This document shows, in pieces, positions 16,492 through 24,684 of a stretch of DNA of 42,411 bases. A program made the translations under genes and the position numbers. Where the stretch lies: assembly GCA_024763085.1 (NCBI GenBank), contig JANTGE010000002.1, positions 1-42,411 of the forward strand, in the 5' to 3' direction. Position 1 is the stretch's first letter. The number at the start of each line of letters is the position of its first letter. The notes beneath the pieces are model-generated. The model had not been told where the DNA came from. It was given only the letters and a program-made list of their open reading frames with translations, and ran no database searches. This DNA comes from Acidimicrobiia bacterium (GTDB lineage Bacteria; Actinomycetota; Acidimicrobiia; Spongiisociales; UBA4744).

Positions 16492-17052
16492 ATGCTCTCA
16501 TCTCTCATCCTCTACCGATCTTGGATCGTGTTTGCCGGCACGTTCTTCTTCGGCGACTCGATTGTTCTTGCGGCTGGTGCGCTGGCAGCGCAGGGTCACT
16601 GGACCCTTGGATCGGTCTTCGGATGGGCGCTCCTCGGGACGGTAGTGTCCGACACGCTCTGGTTCTCGATGTCAGGAAAGACGCTGCAACGGATCCGTCG
16701 CGACCCGAAGCGGCTCATCCGATTCGATCAGCTCGTCGGGAAGCTGGATGCCTGGGTTGGCGATCATCCCCATCGGGGGTTGCTGTTCATCAAGCTTCTG
16801 TACGGCACCCGGGTCCTTTCGCTTGTGTACATGGCGGTGCGGGGAGTGCCTCGGCGGACCTTCGTCCTGTTCGACACAGCCGGTGCCGTCGTGTGGCTGG
16901 CAGTGTTGCTGCCGATTGGTTGGTTTGCCGGCAAACAACTGGAGGCATTGCAACAGACGGTCCCCCAGGCACAGGTGCTGCTCCTGGTGCTGTTTGCGGC
17001 CGTGGTCGTGGGGAAGAAGGGCTGGACGTGGGCGCGACGCGCCAGGGCGTAA
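16492..17052 (+). CDS. DedA family (VTT domain) membrane protein
   Basis: 186 aa. FFFGDSIVLAAGALAAQG...GTVVSDTLWFSMSGK...LLFIKLLYGTRVLSLVYMAVRG fits the DedA/SNARE-associated pattern. Confidence 0.85.
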   Translation: MLSSLILYRSWIVFAGTFFFGDSIVLAAGALAAQGHWTLGSVFGWALLGTVVSDTLWFSMSGKTLQRIRRDPKRLIRFDQLVGKLDAWVGDHPHRGLLFIKLLYGTRVLSLVYMAVRGVPRRTFVLFDTAGAVVWLAVLLPIGWFAGKQLEALQQTVPQAQVLLLVLFAAVVVGKKGWTWARRARA

Positions 17053-17996
17053 CTGCCATCGTTGCAGCGTACAACGAGGCTCCTCGCATCGGCGGCGTGC
17101 TCGAGGTGCTGACGACCTACCCGGGTTTCGACGAGGTCATCGTCGTAGACGACGGATCGAACGACGGCACCGGCCAGGTAGTGATGCAGCACCCTGTCAC
17201 GTACCTGCGGTTGGAACCGAACCAGGGCAAGGGCCATGCCATGGATGTGGGTGTCGCCCATACCAGGACAGACGTGATCTTCTTCGCAGATGCGGACATC
17301 GTCGGGCTGACACACGAGATGATCACGGAGACGGTACGCCCTGTCCTGGAGGGCTCCTGCGAGATGTTCATCCTGATGCGCAACCGCAAGATCTACTACC
17401 TGCGCATGCTCATGCACTTCATTCCGCTCTTAGGCGGCGAGCGTGCATTGACCAAGCGCCTGTGGGAGCAGCTTCCCGAGCGGTACAAGAAGGGATTCAG
17501 AATCGAAGCCGGTCTCAACTTCTACGCCGTCTACTACGGCAAGGGACTGAAGTATCGAGTCTTTCGGGGTATTACCCAGACCGTCAAGGAGGAAAAGTTC
17601 GGCCTGTGGCAAGGATTCGTTCGGCGGCTGCGCATGTTTGGAGACATCGTCGCTGCAGCGTGGGATCTGCAGCGACGTGACGTTCCACCGACCGTGGAAG
17701 CTCGGCGGCTGGCTGCCGTTCGAATTGTGGCCAGCGTGTTCGGCCTGGTCCTTGGGGTCCTGGTGCTGGTCGGCGCACTCGTCGGACCGGTCGACTTCGT
17801 CCGGTCCGTCTTTGCCCATGAGCTCGCCGAAGACCCGGGAGCCCCGCTGGTGCGGGTGTTGGAGTCGGTTGCCTCTGGTCTCGGCGCGTCTGTCCTTCTG
17901 CTGGCCGGAGCGGGGCTCATCATGTTGAACGTGACATTCTTCGTGGGAGCTCTGCTCAGACTGGTATCGATCGGCAGGCAACGTTCCGAGGGGTAG
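17028..17996 (+). CDS. Glycosyltransferase family 2 with C-terminal TM helices (polyprenyl-phosphate glycosyltransferase-like)
   Basis: [21 protein letters not shown]...[13 protein letters not shown]...NQGKGHAM...FFADADI. Start set at GTG 17028 (GGGGAAGAAGG upstream), overlapping the DedA end by 25 nt. The track's 511-aa version is an artefactual extension across DedA. Confidence 0.9.
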   Translation: MGATRQGVTAIVAAYNEAPRIGGVLEVLTTYPGFDEVIVVDDGSNDGTGQVVMQHPVTYLRLEPNQGKGHAMDVGVAHTRTDVIFFADADIVGLTHEMITETVRPVLEGSCEMFILMRNRKIYYLRMLMHFIPLLGGERALTKRLWEQLPERYKKGFRIEAGLNFYAVYYGKGLKYRVFRGITQTVKEEKFGLWQGFVRRLRMFGDIVAAAWDLQRRDVPPTVEARRLAAVRIVASVFGLVLGVLVLVGALVGPVDFVRSVFAHELAEDPGAPLVRVLESVASGLGASVLLLAGAGLIMLNVTFFVGALLRLVSIGRQRSEG

Positions 17997-17997
17997 G

Positions 17998-18912
17998 GTG
18001 CCCCTCATGGTACGGGTAGCAGCAGTTCAGGCCGGATCGGTGGCGTTCGACACCCCGGCGACGCTCGACAAGCTGGGGCGCCTGGTCTCCCAGGCAGCCG
18101 GCAAGGGAGCCGACCTGGTGGTGTTCCCAGAGGCATTCGTCGGCGGCTACCCGAAAGGCCACGACTTCGGCGCCGTCGTCGGGTCACGTACGGAAGAGGG
18201 CCGAGACTGGTTCCGGCGCTACTGGGAGTCGGCCATCGATCTGCCTGGGCCCGAATCGGACAGGATCGCCGAGGCCGCTGTCGAGCACGGTGTGCATCTC
18301 GTCGTCGGGGTCATCGAACGGGGTGGCGGAACCCTCTACTGCACCGTCGTGTTCTACGGACCCGACGGGTCGATGCTCGGCAAGCACCGCAAGCTGATGC
18401 CGACGGCCGCCGAACGGCTCATCTGGGGTTTCGGCGACGGATCGACGATGCCGGTGATCGACACGCCGGTGGGCAAACTGGGCGCGGCGATCTGTTGGGA
18501 GAACTACCTGCCGCTCTATCGGGCGACGCTGTACGCCAAAGGGGTGCAGATCTGGTGCGCCCCGACGGTCGACGACCGGGAACGATGGGCGGCGTCGATG
18601 CAGCACATCGCCCTCGAAGGGCGCTGCTTCGTGGTCTCGGCGAACCAGTACGCGGTCCGCAGCGACTACCCGGACGACTATCCGGTCGAAACCGACGTGC
18701 TCATCGCCGGGGGAAGCTGCATCGTCGATCCCCACGGCAACTTTCTCGTCGAGCCGTACCGCGACGGCGAGGCGGTGCTGACCGCGGACATCGACCTGGG
18801 CGAGATCCCGCGGGCCACCTTCGACCTCGACGTGGTCGGTCACTACGCCCGGCCGGACATCTTCCGCCTCGTCGTGAATGAGGAATCCCTGGATCCGGTC
18901 GTCTTCGAGTAG
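17998..18912 (+). CDS. Nitrilase / carbon-nitrogen hydrolase family protein
   Basis: Catalytic triad contexts VVFPEAF (Glu), HRKLMPT (Lys) and AAICWEN (Cys). Alternative start at ATG 18007. Confidence 0.9.
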   Translation: MPLMVRVAAVQAGSVAFDTPATLDKLGRLVSQAAGKGADLVVFPEAFVGGYPKGHDFGAVVGSRTEEGRDWFRRYWESAIDLPGPESDRIAEAAVEHGVHLVVGVIERGGGTLYCTVVFYGPDGSMLGKHRKLMPTAAERLIWGFGDGSTMPVIDTPVGKLGAAICWENYLPLYRATLYAKGVQIWCAPTVDDRERWAASMQHIALEGRCFVVSANQYAVRSDYPDDYPVETDVLIAGGSCIVDPHGNFLVEPYRDGEAVLTADIDLGEIPRATFDLDVVGHYARPDIFRLVVNEESLDPVVFE

Positions 18913-18986
18913 GTCAATCCCGTCGAAGCCACCGGGACCGTATCGGGACAGCATTGACGAGAAGCGGGGGCGGTAACGTTGGGACC

Positions 18987-20471
18987 GTGCGGAATGAGGT
19001 GCAGCTCATCGCCTATGCGGATCGGCTTGGAGGGTCGATTCCGGCCCTGGCCGAACTCCTCGACGGACCGCTAGACGGCTTGTTCGGAGGGGTGCACATC
19101 CTGCCGTTCTTCACCCCGTTCGATGGCGCCGACCATGGGTTCGACCCGATCGACCACGCAGCGGTCGATCCCCGGCTTGGGTCCTGGAGCGACGTAGAGG
19201 CGCTGGGTGCGTCGACCGACGTCACGGCCGACCTCATCGTCAATCACATCTCGGCAGGTTCGCATCAGTTCCAGGACTACTTGTCGAGAGGCGATACCTC
19301 GCCCTACGCGGGCATGTTCCTGTTCCACGGGACGGTGTTTCCTCGCGGAGCCACCGAGGCCGACCTCGTCGCCATCTACCGTCCCCGGCCGGGCCTCCCG
19401 TTCACCGACGTGACCCGGGTGGATGGGGTGCGACGGCTCGCCTGGACGACGTTCACGTCGCAGCAGATCGACCTCGCCGTGCACGACCCAGAAACGCAGC
19501 GGTATCTCGGCAGCATCCTGGACACCTTCGTCGCACATGGGGTGGACACGGTCAGGCTGGACGCCGTCGGTTACGCCGTCAAGACCGCCGGCACGTCGTG
19601 TTTCATGACACCGGAGACCTACTCGTTCATCGAGCGGCTGTCGGGGGAGGTGCACGATCGAGGCATGGAGGTGCTCGTGGAGATCCATGCCCACTACCGC
19701 CGTCAGCTCGAAGCCGCGTCTGCCGTCGACTGGGTGTACGACTTCGGGTTGCCGCCGCTGGTGCTCCACGCGCTGTTCACCGGGGATGCCCGGCCGCTTC
19801 GACGGTGGCTCTCCATCAGACCTGGCAACGCGGTCACCGTGCTCGACACGCACGACGGGATCGGGGTGATCGACGTCGGACCGGACGACATCGAACCTCA
19901 CGAACCGGGCCTTTTGACCGTCGAACAGATTCAGCATCTCGTCGATCGGATTCACTCGAACACCGGCGGTACGAGCCGACGGGCCACCGGGCGGCGGGCC
20001 GGCAACCTCGACATCTACCAGGTGAACTCGACGTTCTACGACGCGCTGGGGAGAGACGACGACGCCTACCTCACCGCGAGGCTCATCCAGCTGTTCACCC
20101 CGGGGATCCCCCAGATCTACTACGTCGGCCTGTTTGCCGGACACAACGACGTCGCCCTCTTCGAACGGACCGGGGTCGGCCGGGACCTCAACCGGCACGG
20201 ATACACCCTCCAAGAGATCGAAGCGGCACTGACCCGGCCGGTCGTGCAACGATTGATCCGGCTGATCCAATTCCGAAACACCTTCCCGGCGTTCGGCGGA
20301 ACTTGGGAGCCGCTCGACGCAAGGGACGGCCGCGTCGCGATGCGTTGGAGCCATGGGGGATCGCTCGCCGAGTTGTCCACCGACATGTCAGGACCGTCAT
20401 ATGAGGTCGTCATCGGCGACGGTGACGGCAGCCGGACCGTCACCGACCTGTTGGACCTGCCCGTCCCGTGA
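18987..20471 (+). CDS. GH13_18 sucrose phosphorylase-family sugar phosphorylase (substrate not assignable)
   Basis: The N-terminus VRNEVQLIAYADRLGG...GVHILPFFTPFDGADHGFDPIDH matches the sucrose phosphorylase N-terminus. Also DLIVNHIS, VRLDAVGY, EIH and DTHDGIG blocks. GTG 18987 preferred over TTG 18954. Confidence 0.9.
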   Translation: MRNEVQLIAYADRLGGSIPALAELLDGPLDGLFGGVHILPFFTPFDGADHGFDPIDHAAVDPRLGSWSDVEALGASTDVTADLIVNHISAGSHQFQDYLSRGDTSPYAGMFLFHGTVFPRGATEADLVAIYRPRPGLPFTDVTRVDGVRRLAWTTFTSQQIDLAVHDPETQRYLGSILDTFVAHGVDTVRLDAVGYAVKTAGTSCFMTPETYSFIERLSGEVHDRGMEVLVEIHAHYRRQLEAASAVDWVYDFGLPPLVLHALFTGDARPLRRWLSIRPGNAVTVLDTHDGIGVIDVGPDDIEPHEPGLLTVEQIQHLVDRIHSNTGGTSRRATGRRAGNLDIYQVNSTFYDALGRDDDAYLTARLIQLFTPGIPQIYYVGLFAGHNDVALFERTGVGRDLNRHGYTLQEIEAALTRPVVQRLIRLIQFRNTFPAFGGTWEPLDARDGRVAMRWSHGGSLAELSTDMSGPSYEVVIGDGDGSRTVTDLLDLPVP

Positions 20472-20512
20472 CGGCTACGGTCCGGTGACGGCACACGGCG
20501 ACAGGAGGATGC

Positions 20513-21640
20513 ATGGATCTAGAGGCGGCGGCGCTCCGCATCCATCGAGACCTGCCGGTCGTCGACGGCCACAACGATCTGCCATGGGCGATTCGCACCA
20601 GGGCCAGAGGGTCGCTCCACGTGGCCGACCCCCGCGGGCATCTCGACGGCTACCACACCGACTTCCCTCGTCTTCGTGACGGCGGTGTCGGCGCCCAGTT
20701 CTGGTCGGTGTACGTGTCGGCACGTTCTCCGGCGCCGTTCAAGGAGACCGTCGAGCAGATCGCGCTCGTCCATCGGATGGCGGAGTCGGCTCCGGAGTGG
20801 ACGGCGTTGGCCACCACCGCCGATGAGGTGGCGGCGATCCGGTCCTCGGGCCGGCTTGCCGGGCTGATGGGCGCCGAAGGGGGTCACAGCATCGAGAACT
20901 CGTTGGAGAAGCTGGGACACCTTGCCGGCCTCGGCGTTCGTTATATGACCTTGACCCACATCGACACGATCGATTGGGCCGATTCGGCAACCGACGAACC
21001 TCGACACGGCGGACTTACCGAGTTCGGAAGACAGGTCGTAGCGGAGATGAACCGTCTTGCCGTCTTGGTCGACATCTCACACGTGTCGGCCGACACGATG
21101 CGGGACGCCATCGACACCTCGGCGGCGCCGGTGATTGCCTCGCATTCATCCGCCCGGGCCATCGCCGATCACCCGCGCAACATCCCCGATGATGTGCTCG
21201 AGGCGGTCGGCCGTACAGGCGGCGTCGTGATGGTGAACTTCTACCCGGGGTTCAACGTGCCGGGTTCGGCCAGACGCTCGTTGGAGATCCTTGCCGAAGC
21301 CCGCCGACTTCAGGCTGAAGGACTTGCCGACGATGCGCTGGAGGCTGCGGTGGCGGCTGTCGCCGCTCAGGACCCGTTCGACGCCGGCGACGCTGGAGTC
21401 GTGGTCGACCACATCGAGCACGTCGCCCGGGTGGCAGGCGTGGAATCGGTCGGTCTCGGCAGCGACTTCGACGGCATCGATGTCGTCCCGGACGGTCTCG
21501 AGGACGTGTCGCAGTTCCCGAACATCACCGTGGAGTTGCTGCGGAGAGGATGGGACGAAGCAGAGATCCGCCTGGTCCTCGGTAGAAACGCCATGCGGGT
21601 GCTGCGCTCTGCCGAAGAGGTGGCAGGGTCACTGTCATAG
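20513..21640 (+). CDS. Membrane dipeptidase (peptidase M19)
   Basis: VVDGHNDLPW, GGVGAQFWSVYV, RYMTLTHIDT, VDISHVS and SHSSARA blocks are typical of M19 dipeptidases. AGGAGG RBS. Confidence 0.9.
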   Translation: MDLEAAALRIHRDLPVVDGHNDLPWAIRTRARGSLHVADPRGHLDGYHTDFPRLRDGGVGAQFWSVYVSARSPAPFKETVEQIALVHRMAESAPEWTALATTADEVAAIRSSGRLAGLMGAEGGHSIENSLEKLGHLAGLGVRYMTLTHIDTIDWADSATDEPRHGGLTEFGRQVVAEMNRLAVLVDISHVSADTMRDAIDTSAAPVIASHSSARAIADHPRNIPDDVLEAVGRTGGVVMVNFYPGFNVPGSARRSLEILAEARRLQAEGLADDALEAAVAAVAAQDPFDAGDAGVVVDHIEHVARVAGVESVGLGSDFDGIDVVPDGLEDVSQFPNITVELLRRGWDEAEIRLVLGRNAMRVLRSAEEVAGSLS

Positions 21641-21724
21641 ACAGCGGCAGGAAATCGTATCAAGCCGTCGAATCTGGCCGCCGAGATACGTCCTTATGGG
21701 TGTACCCATCCAAGGAGGAACGTA

Positions 21725-22417
21725 ATGCGGCGGAGTATTTGGATCTTGGCGACGGTGCTTGCGCTCTCGCTGGCAGCGCTGGGGATCATGGGCCTCGCCG
21801 GAGCCGACGAGGCCCTCGCCGAGGGCAACTACGTGCTCACGGTGCCCGGTGTCGGCGACGTGGCATTCTCCATCAGCAACGGAAACGTCGCTGTGACCGC
21901 GGCGCCTGACGGCTTTTCCGACCTCGTCCCGGTCGATACGGACGGAGATGACTTGACCTTCGCATCAGAGAGCGCCGGGCTGTTCATCGAGGTCGAATCG
22001 GACGATGGCATGCTCAGCAGCGAAGCGAAACTGGATTTCGGAACTGCAGACCCCGGGACCTACGACATCGCCATTGGTGACCTGACGTTCCAGCTCAGCA
22101 TCGCCACCGACGGCACGATGTCGGCTTCCGGCCTTCCGGACGGGTACACGGTGGACTCCTCCGATGACCACTTGAAAGTGATCGCTGCTGACGGTACCGA
22201 ATACAAGTTCGAAGCCCACGACGGGATGCTCCGGGCCAACATCGAGGCTGTCGACCAAGAGTCCGACGGCGAACTCGAAGCCACGGACGACGAGTCCAGT
22301 GACGAAGTCGAGGCTGCCGACCAGGAGTCGGATGACGACGTCAAGGCGAGCGACGACAGTTCGGATCATGACGCTTCGAGCGATCACGACAGGGACGAGA
22401 CAGGCGAAGACGACTAG
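21725..22417 (+). CDS. Secreted hypothetical protein with strongly acidic C-terminal tail
   Basis: AAGGAGG RBS. Signal peptide MRRSIWILATVLALSLAALGIMGLAGA. C-terminal DESSDEVEAADQESDDDVKASDDSSDHDASSDHDRDETGEDD. Confidence 0.7.
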   Translation: MRRSIWILATVLALSLAALGIMGLAGADEALAEGNYVLTVPGVGDVAFSISNGNVAVTAAPDGFSDLVPVDTDGDDLTFASESAGLFIEVESDDGMLSSEAKLDFGTADPGTYDIAIGDLTFQLSIATDGTMSASGLPDGYTVDSSDDHLKVIAADGTEYKFEAHDGMLRANIEAVDQESDGELEATDDESSDEVEAADQESDDDVKASDDSSDHDASSDHDRDETGEDD

Positions 22418-22428
22418 ATGGACCCTAT

Positions 22429-22454
22429 GGGAGGCGCCGGGCGAGGCGCCTCCC
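22429..22454 (+). terminator. GC-rich hairpin terminator candidate
   Basis: Perfect 10-bp stem GGGAGGCGCC / GGCGCCTCCC with loop GGGCGA, 12 nt after the stop at 22417. No U-tract. Confidence 0.5.
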
Positions 22455-22471
22455 ACTGATGAGGAGCAGTC

Positions 22472-23071
22472 CTGAGAGCCACGAAGAACACACTCGACGA
22501 TCTGGTTCCCGCCGTCCGACGGCGGGAACCGGACGCGTTCCGCACCCTGTATGAGCTGCTCTCAGACGCTCTGGGTGCGTTCGCTTACGGGATGCTTCGA
22601 GATAGATCCGCTGCCGAAGACGCGGTCCAGCAGGCGTTCCTTGAACTCGTCAAGGCCGCACCGGAGATCAAAGGTGATGGCCGGTCGCTGAGGGCATGGC
22701 TGTACCGAAGTGTTCGGTTCACCTGTCTCGACGAGTTGCGTCGCCGGTCGCGTCGGCCGGAGCAGCTCACCGATGAGCCGCCGGAGGTCCGCCTCGTCTC
22801 CGGCGACCTCATCGACGCAATGCTCAGTCCGGAAGTCGAGGCCGCACTGGAGGCCCTTACCCAGGAGCAGCGCACCGTTGTGCTGCTCCGCCACGTCGCC
22901 GGCCTGTCGGGCAGCGAGATCGCGAAGGTGGTCGGATCGAACCGCGCCGCGGTCTACGCGATGGTGTCGAGGGCCGAGGCGTCGCTGCGCCGATTGCTAC
23001 AACCCGTCGAATCTGCCGCCGCTCCGACGTCTGAACCAGTGACGGGTACGTCTGGGAGGACGAAGCTATGA
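22472..23071 (+). CDS. ECF-type RNA polymerase sigma-70 factor (start codon unresolved; the canonical-start ORF begins only at 22592)
   Basis: Region 2 DRSAAEDAVQQAFLEL...WLYRSVRFTCLDELRRR and region 4 LTQEQRTVVLLRHVAGLSGSEIAKVVGSNRAAVYAMVSRA. The conserved region 2.1 (PDAFRTLYELLSDALGAFAYG) is encoded in-frame at 22529-22591, upstream of the first ATG/GTG/TTG. CTG 22472 follows GAGGAG (22461-22466) by 5 nt. Confidence 0.8.
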   Translation: MRATKNTLDDLVPAVRRREPDAFRTLYELLSDALGAFAYGMLRDRSAAEDAVQQAFLELVKAAPEIKGDGRSLRAWLYRSVRFTCLDELRRRSRRPEQLTDEPPEVRLVSGDLIDAMLSPEVEAALEALTQEQRTVVLLRHVAGLSGSEIAKVVGSNRAAVYAMVSRAEASLRRLLQPVESAAAPTSEPVTGTSGRTKL

Positions 23072-23838
23072 ACGAGAACACAGGCGCCATGAGCGAGCAC
23101 TTGGACAACCTGAAGAGGTTCCGAATCTCCCGAGAAGCGCGCACCGCACACCTCACCGCCGTCGAAGGAGCGATCGCGGCGGCTCCACAGGTCGTGGCCG
23201 TTCCGCTTCGAGGAGGGGCATCTCTTCGACGCCGCATCGCCGGGTTCGTCGCCGCGGCGGTCGTCGTGGCACCGACCGGTGTGGCGCTGGCCGCCCAGGA
23301 CGCCATGCCCGGGGATGTGCTTTACCCAACCAAGCGAGTTGCCGAACGAGTTCAGGGAGTGATCGACCCTTCAGTCGTCGCCCGCCACCGGCTCGAAGAG
23401 GCATCGGCGTTGATTGGGAGCGGCGGTGACACGGAGACGATCGCAGCACTGCTCGAGGAGGCAGCCGGCGCCATGGCGCGGGTGTCCGATCCTGGAGTGT
23501 TAGCCGATCGCCTCGACGCTCTCGAGAGCGAACTCGAGGCCGGCATGCCTGGTAGCGGACCGGTGGGGACGCCTGCAGTGGTACCTGACGATCCTGCGTC
23601 AGACAATGAGCTTGCAGAGAGCCTCGAAGCAGGGGATGAAGCCGAGTTGGCAGAGGCGGCCGAAAGCCCGGACGCGGTCGAATTCGCAGAGGAGACCGCG
23701 GGTACGGTGTCGTCCGGCGACGCTTCGTCGGTCGGTGACCCCGAAGCCGACGCCGATGATGCTTCGAGCGACGACTCGACCCACGACGAGGACTCCACCC
23801 ACGACGAGAAAGATCAGGGAGGCGCCGTTGACGACTAA
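23068..23838 (+). CDS. Putative anti-sigma factor / DUF5667-like single-pass membrane protein with acidic tail
   Basis: ATGA overlap with the sigma gene. One TM (IAGFVAAAVVVAPTGVALAA) is followed by PGDVLYPTKRVAERV, typical of DUF5667 proteins found next to ECF sigmas. Asp/Ser/Glu-rich C-terminus. Confidence 0.7.
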   Translation: MNENTGAMSEHLDNLKRFRISREARTAHLTAVEGAIAAAPQVVAVPLRGGASLRRRIAGFVAAAVVVAPTGVALAAQDAMPGDVLYPTKRVAERVQGVIDPSVVARHRLEEASALIGSGGDTETIAALLEEAAGAMARVSDPGVLADRLDALESELEAGMPGSGPVGTPAVVPDDPASDNELAESLEAGDEAELAEAAESPDAVEFAEETAGTVSSGDASSVGDPEADADDASSDDSTHDEDSTHDEKDQGGAVDD

Positions 23839-24499
23839 CCGCTTTCGCTTCGAGAACCTGCACCGCCGGAAAGCCGCCCTGGTAGCGGTAGCGGCACTGC
23901 TGGTCGGCGCCTGCTCACAGGCGCAACCCGCATCGGTTGCGATCAGCCCAGCTGTTGAATCCTCACCGCCGTCGACGGTGGCCGCCACCAATGCGCCGGA
24001 TCCGTTGGCGGCTTTCACGGCTTCCCTGGACAGGACGATTGCCGCGTCGAGCTATCGGTTCCAGGCGGCCGTCAACGCCGAGACCGTGTCGGGCTCGGTC
24101 TCGCTGGAGCTGTCCGGTTGGGTGAACGGCGACGACCGGCAACTGGTCACGAAGTCGGGCAATATGGAAATGACAACAGTCGTCGAAGGCGGAGTCGCCA
24201 CGGTGACGACGCCATCGGGAAGCACGGAGGTTCCTCTGACCGAAGCCCAGGGGACACCGTCGCTGTTGCTGCTCCGTGACCTTCAGAACATCGAGATCAT
24301 TGCCCCTGGAGAAGTGGCGGGAACGATGCCGGGTCAGATCCTCCAGGGCAGTGGCCTCTCAGACGGTACCCTGGCCGGCAGCGGGGTGACGGCAACGGTC
24401 ACCTACGATCCGGGTGGCATGCTCACCGGCTACGTCCTCGAAGACGATGCCAAGACCTGGCGCATGACCGTGCGCATCTATGACGTGGGTGGCATATGA
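23828..24499 (+). CDS. Lipoprotein of unknown function (possible LolA/LppX-like fold, speculative)
   Basis: TTG 23828 is preceded by GGGAGG (23817-23822, 5-nt spacer). Signal plus lipobox ALVAVAALLVGAC. The track ORF start (23606) is an out-of-context extension across the anti-sigma gene. Confidence 0.7.
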   Translation: MTTNRFRFENLHRRKAALVAVAALLVGACSQAQPASVAISPAVESSPPSTVAATNAPDPLAAFTASLDRTIAASSYRFQAAVNAETVSGSVSLELSGWVNGDDRQLVTKSGNMEMTTVVEGGVATVTTPSGSTEVPLTEAQGTPSLLLLRDLQNIEIIAPGEVAGTMPGQILQGSGLSDGTLAGSGVTATVTYDPGGMLTGYVLEDDAKTWRMTVRIYDVGGI

Positions 24500-24684
24500 G
24501 ACGGCATGAGCATCGGTGGAATACCGGCACGATCGGGCCCGGACTCGAGCGATCGGTGTGTGCCGAGTGCGGACGAGTGAGTATTCGGGCAGTGGCAAGA
24601 ACATTGTCGCCGGACGACCGACGACGAATCGTGGATCGATTCCCCGGAGCGGTTCGCGGCCGGTAGCGGGCTTCTTTCGTCCCT

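Noticed and set aside
16461-17027. N-terminal 189 codons of the 511-aa track ORF 16461..17996
   Set aside because: This part overlaps the DedA gene in another frame and is Arg/Gly/Cys-rich. The GT2 domain begins right after GTG 17028, which has a good RBS. The extension is therefore treated as an artefact.
19071-20354. 427-aa minus-strand ORF and several 60-270-aa ORFs inside the phosphorylase gene
   Set aside because: Antisense or alternate-frame to a strongly supported GH13 gene. The composition is typical of GC-driven spurious ORFs.
22459-22552. 31-codon ORF from ATG 22459 (MRSSPESHEEHTRRSGSRRPTAGTGRVPHPV) as a leader peptide or the true sigma start
   Set aside because: It is out of frame with the sigma domain, has a low-complexity Arg/Ser/Pro composition and no SD upstream (it lies directly after the terminator hairpin). 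It is kept only as one frameshift scenario in the sigma finding.
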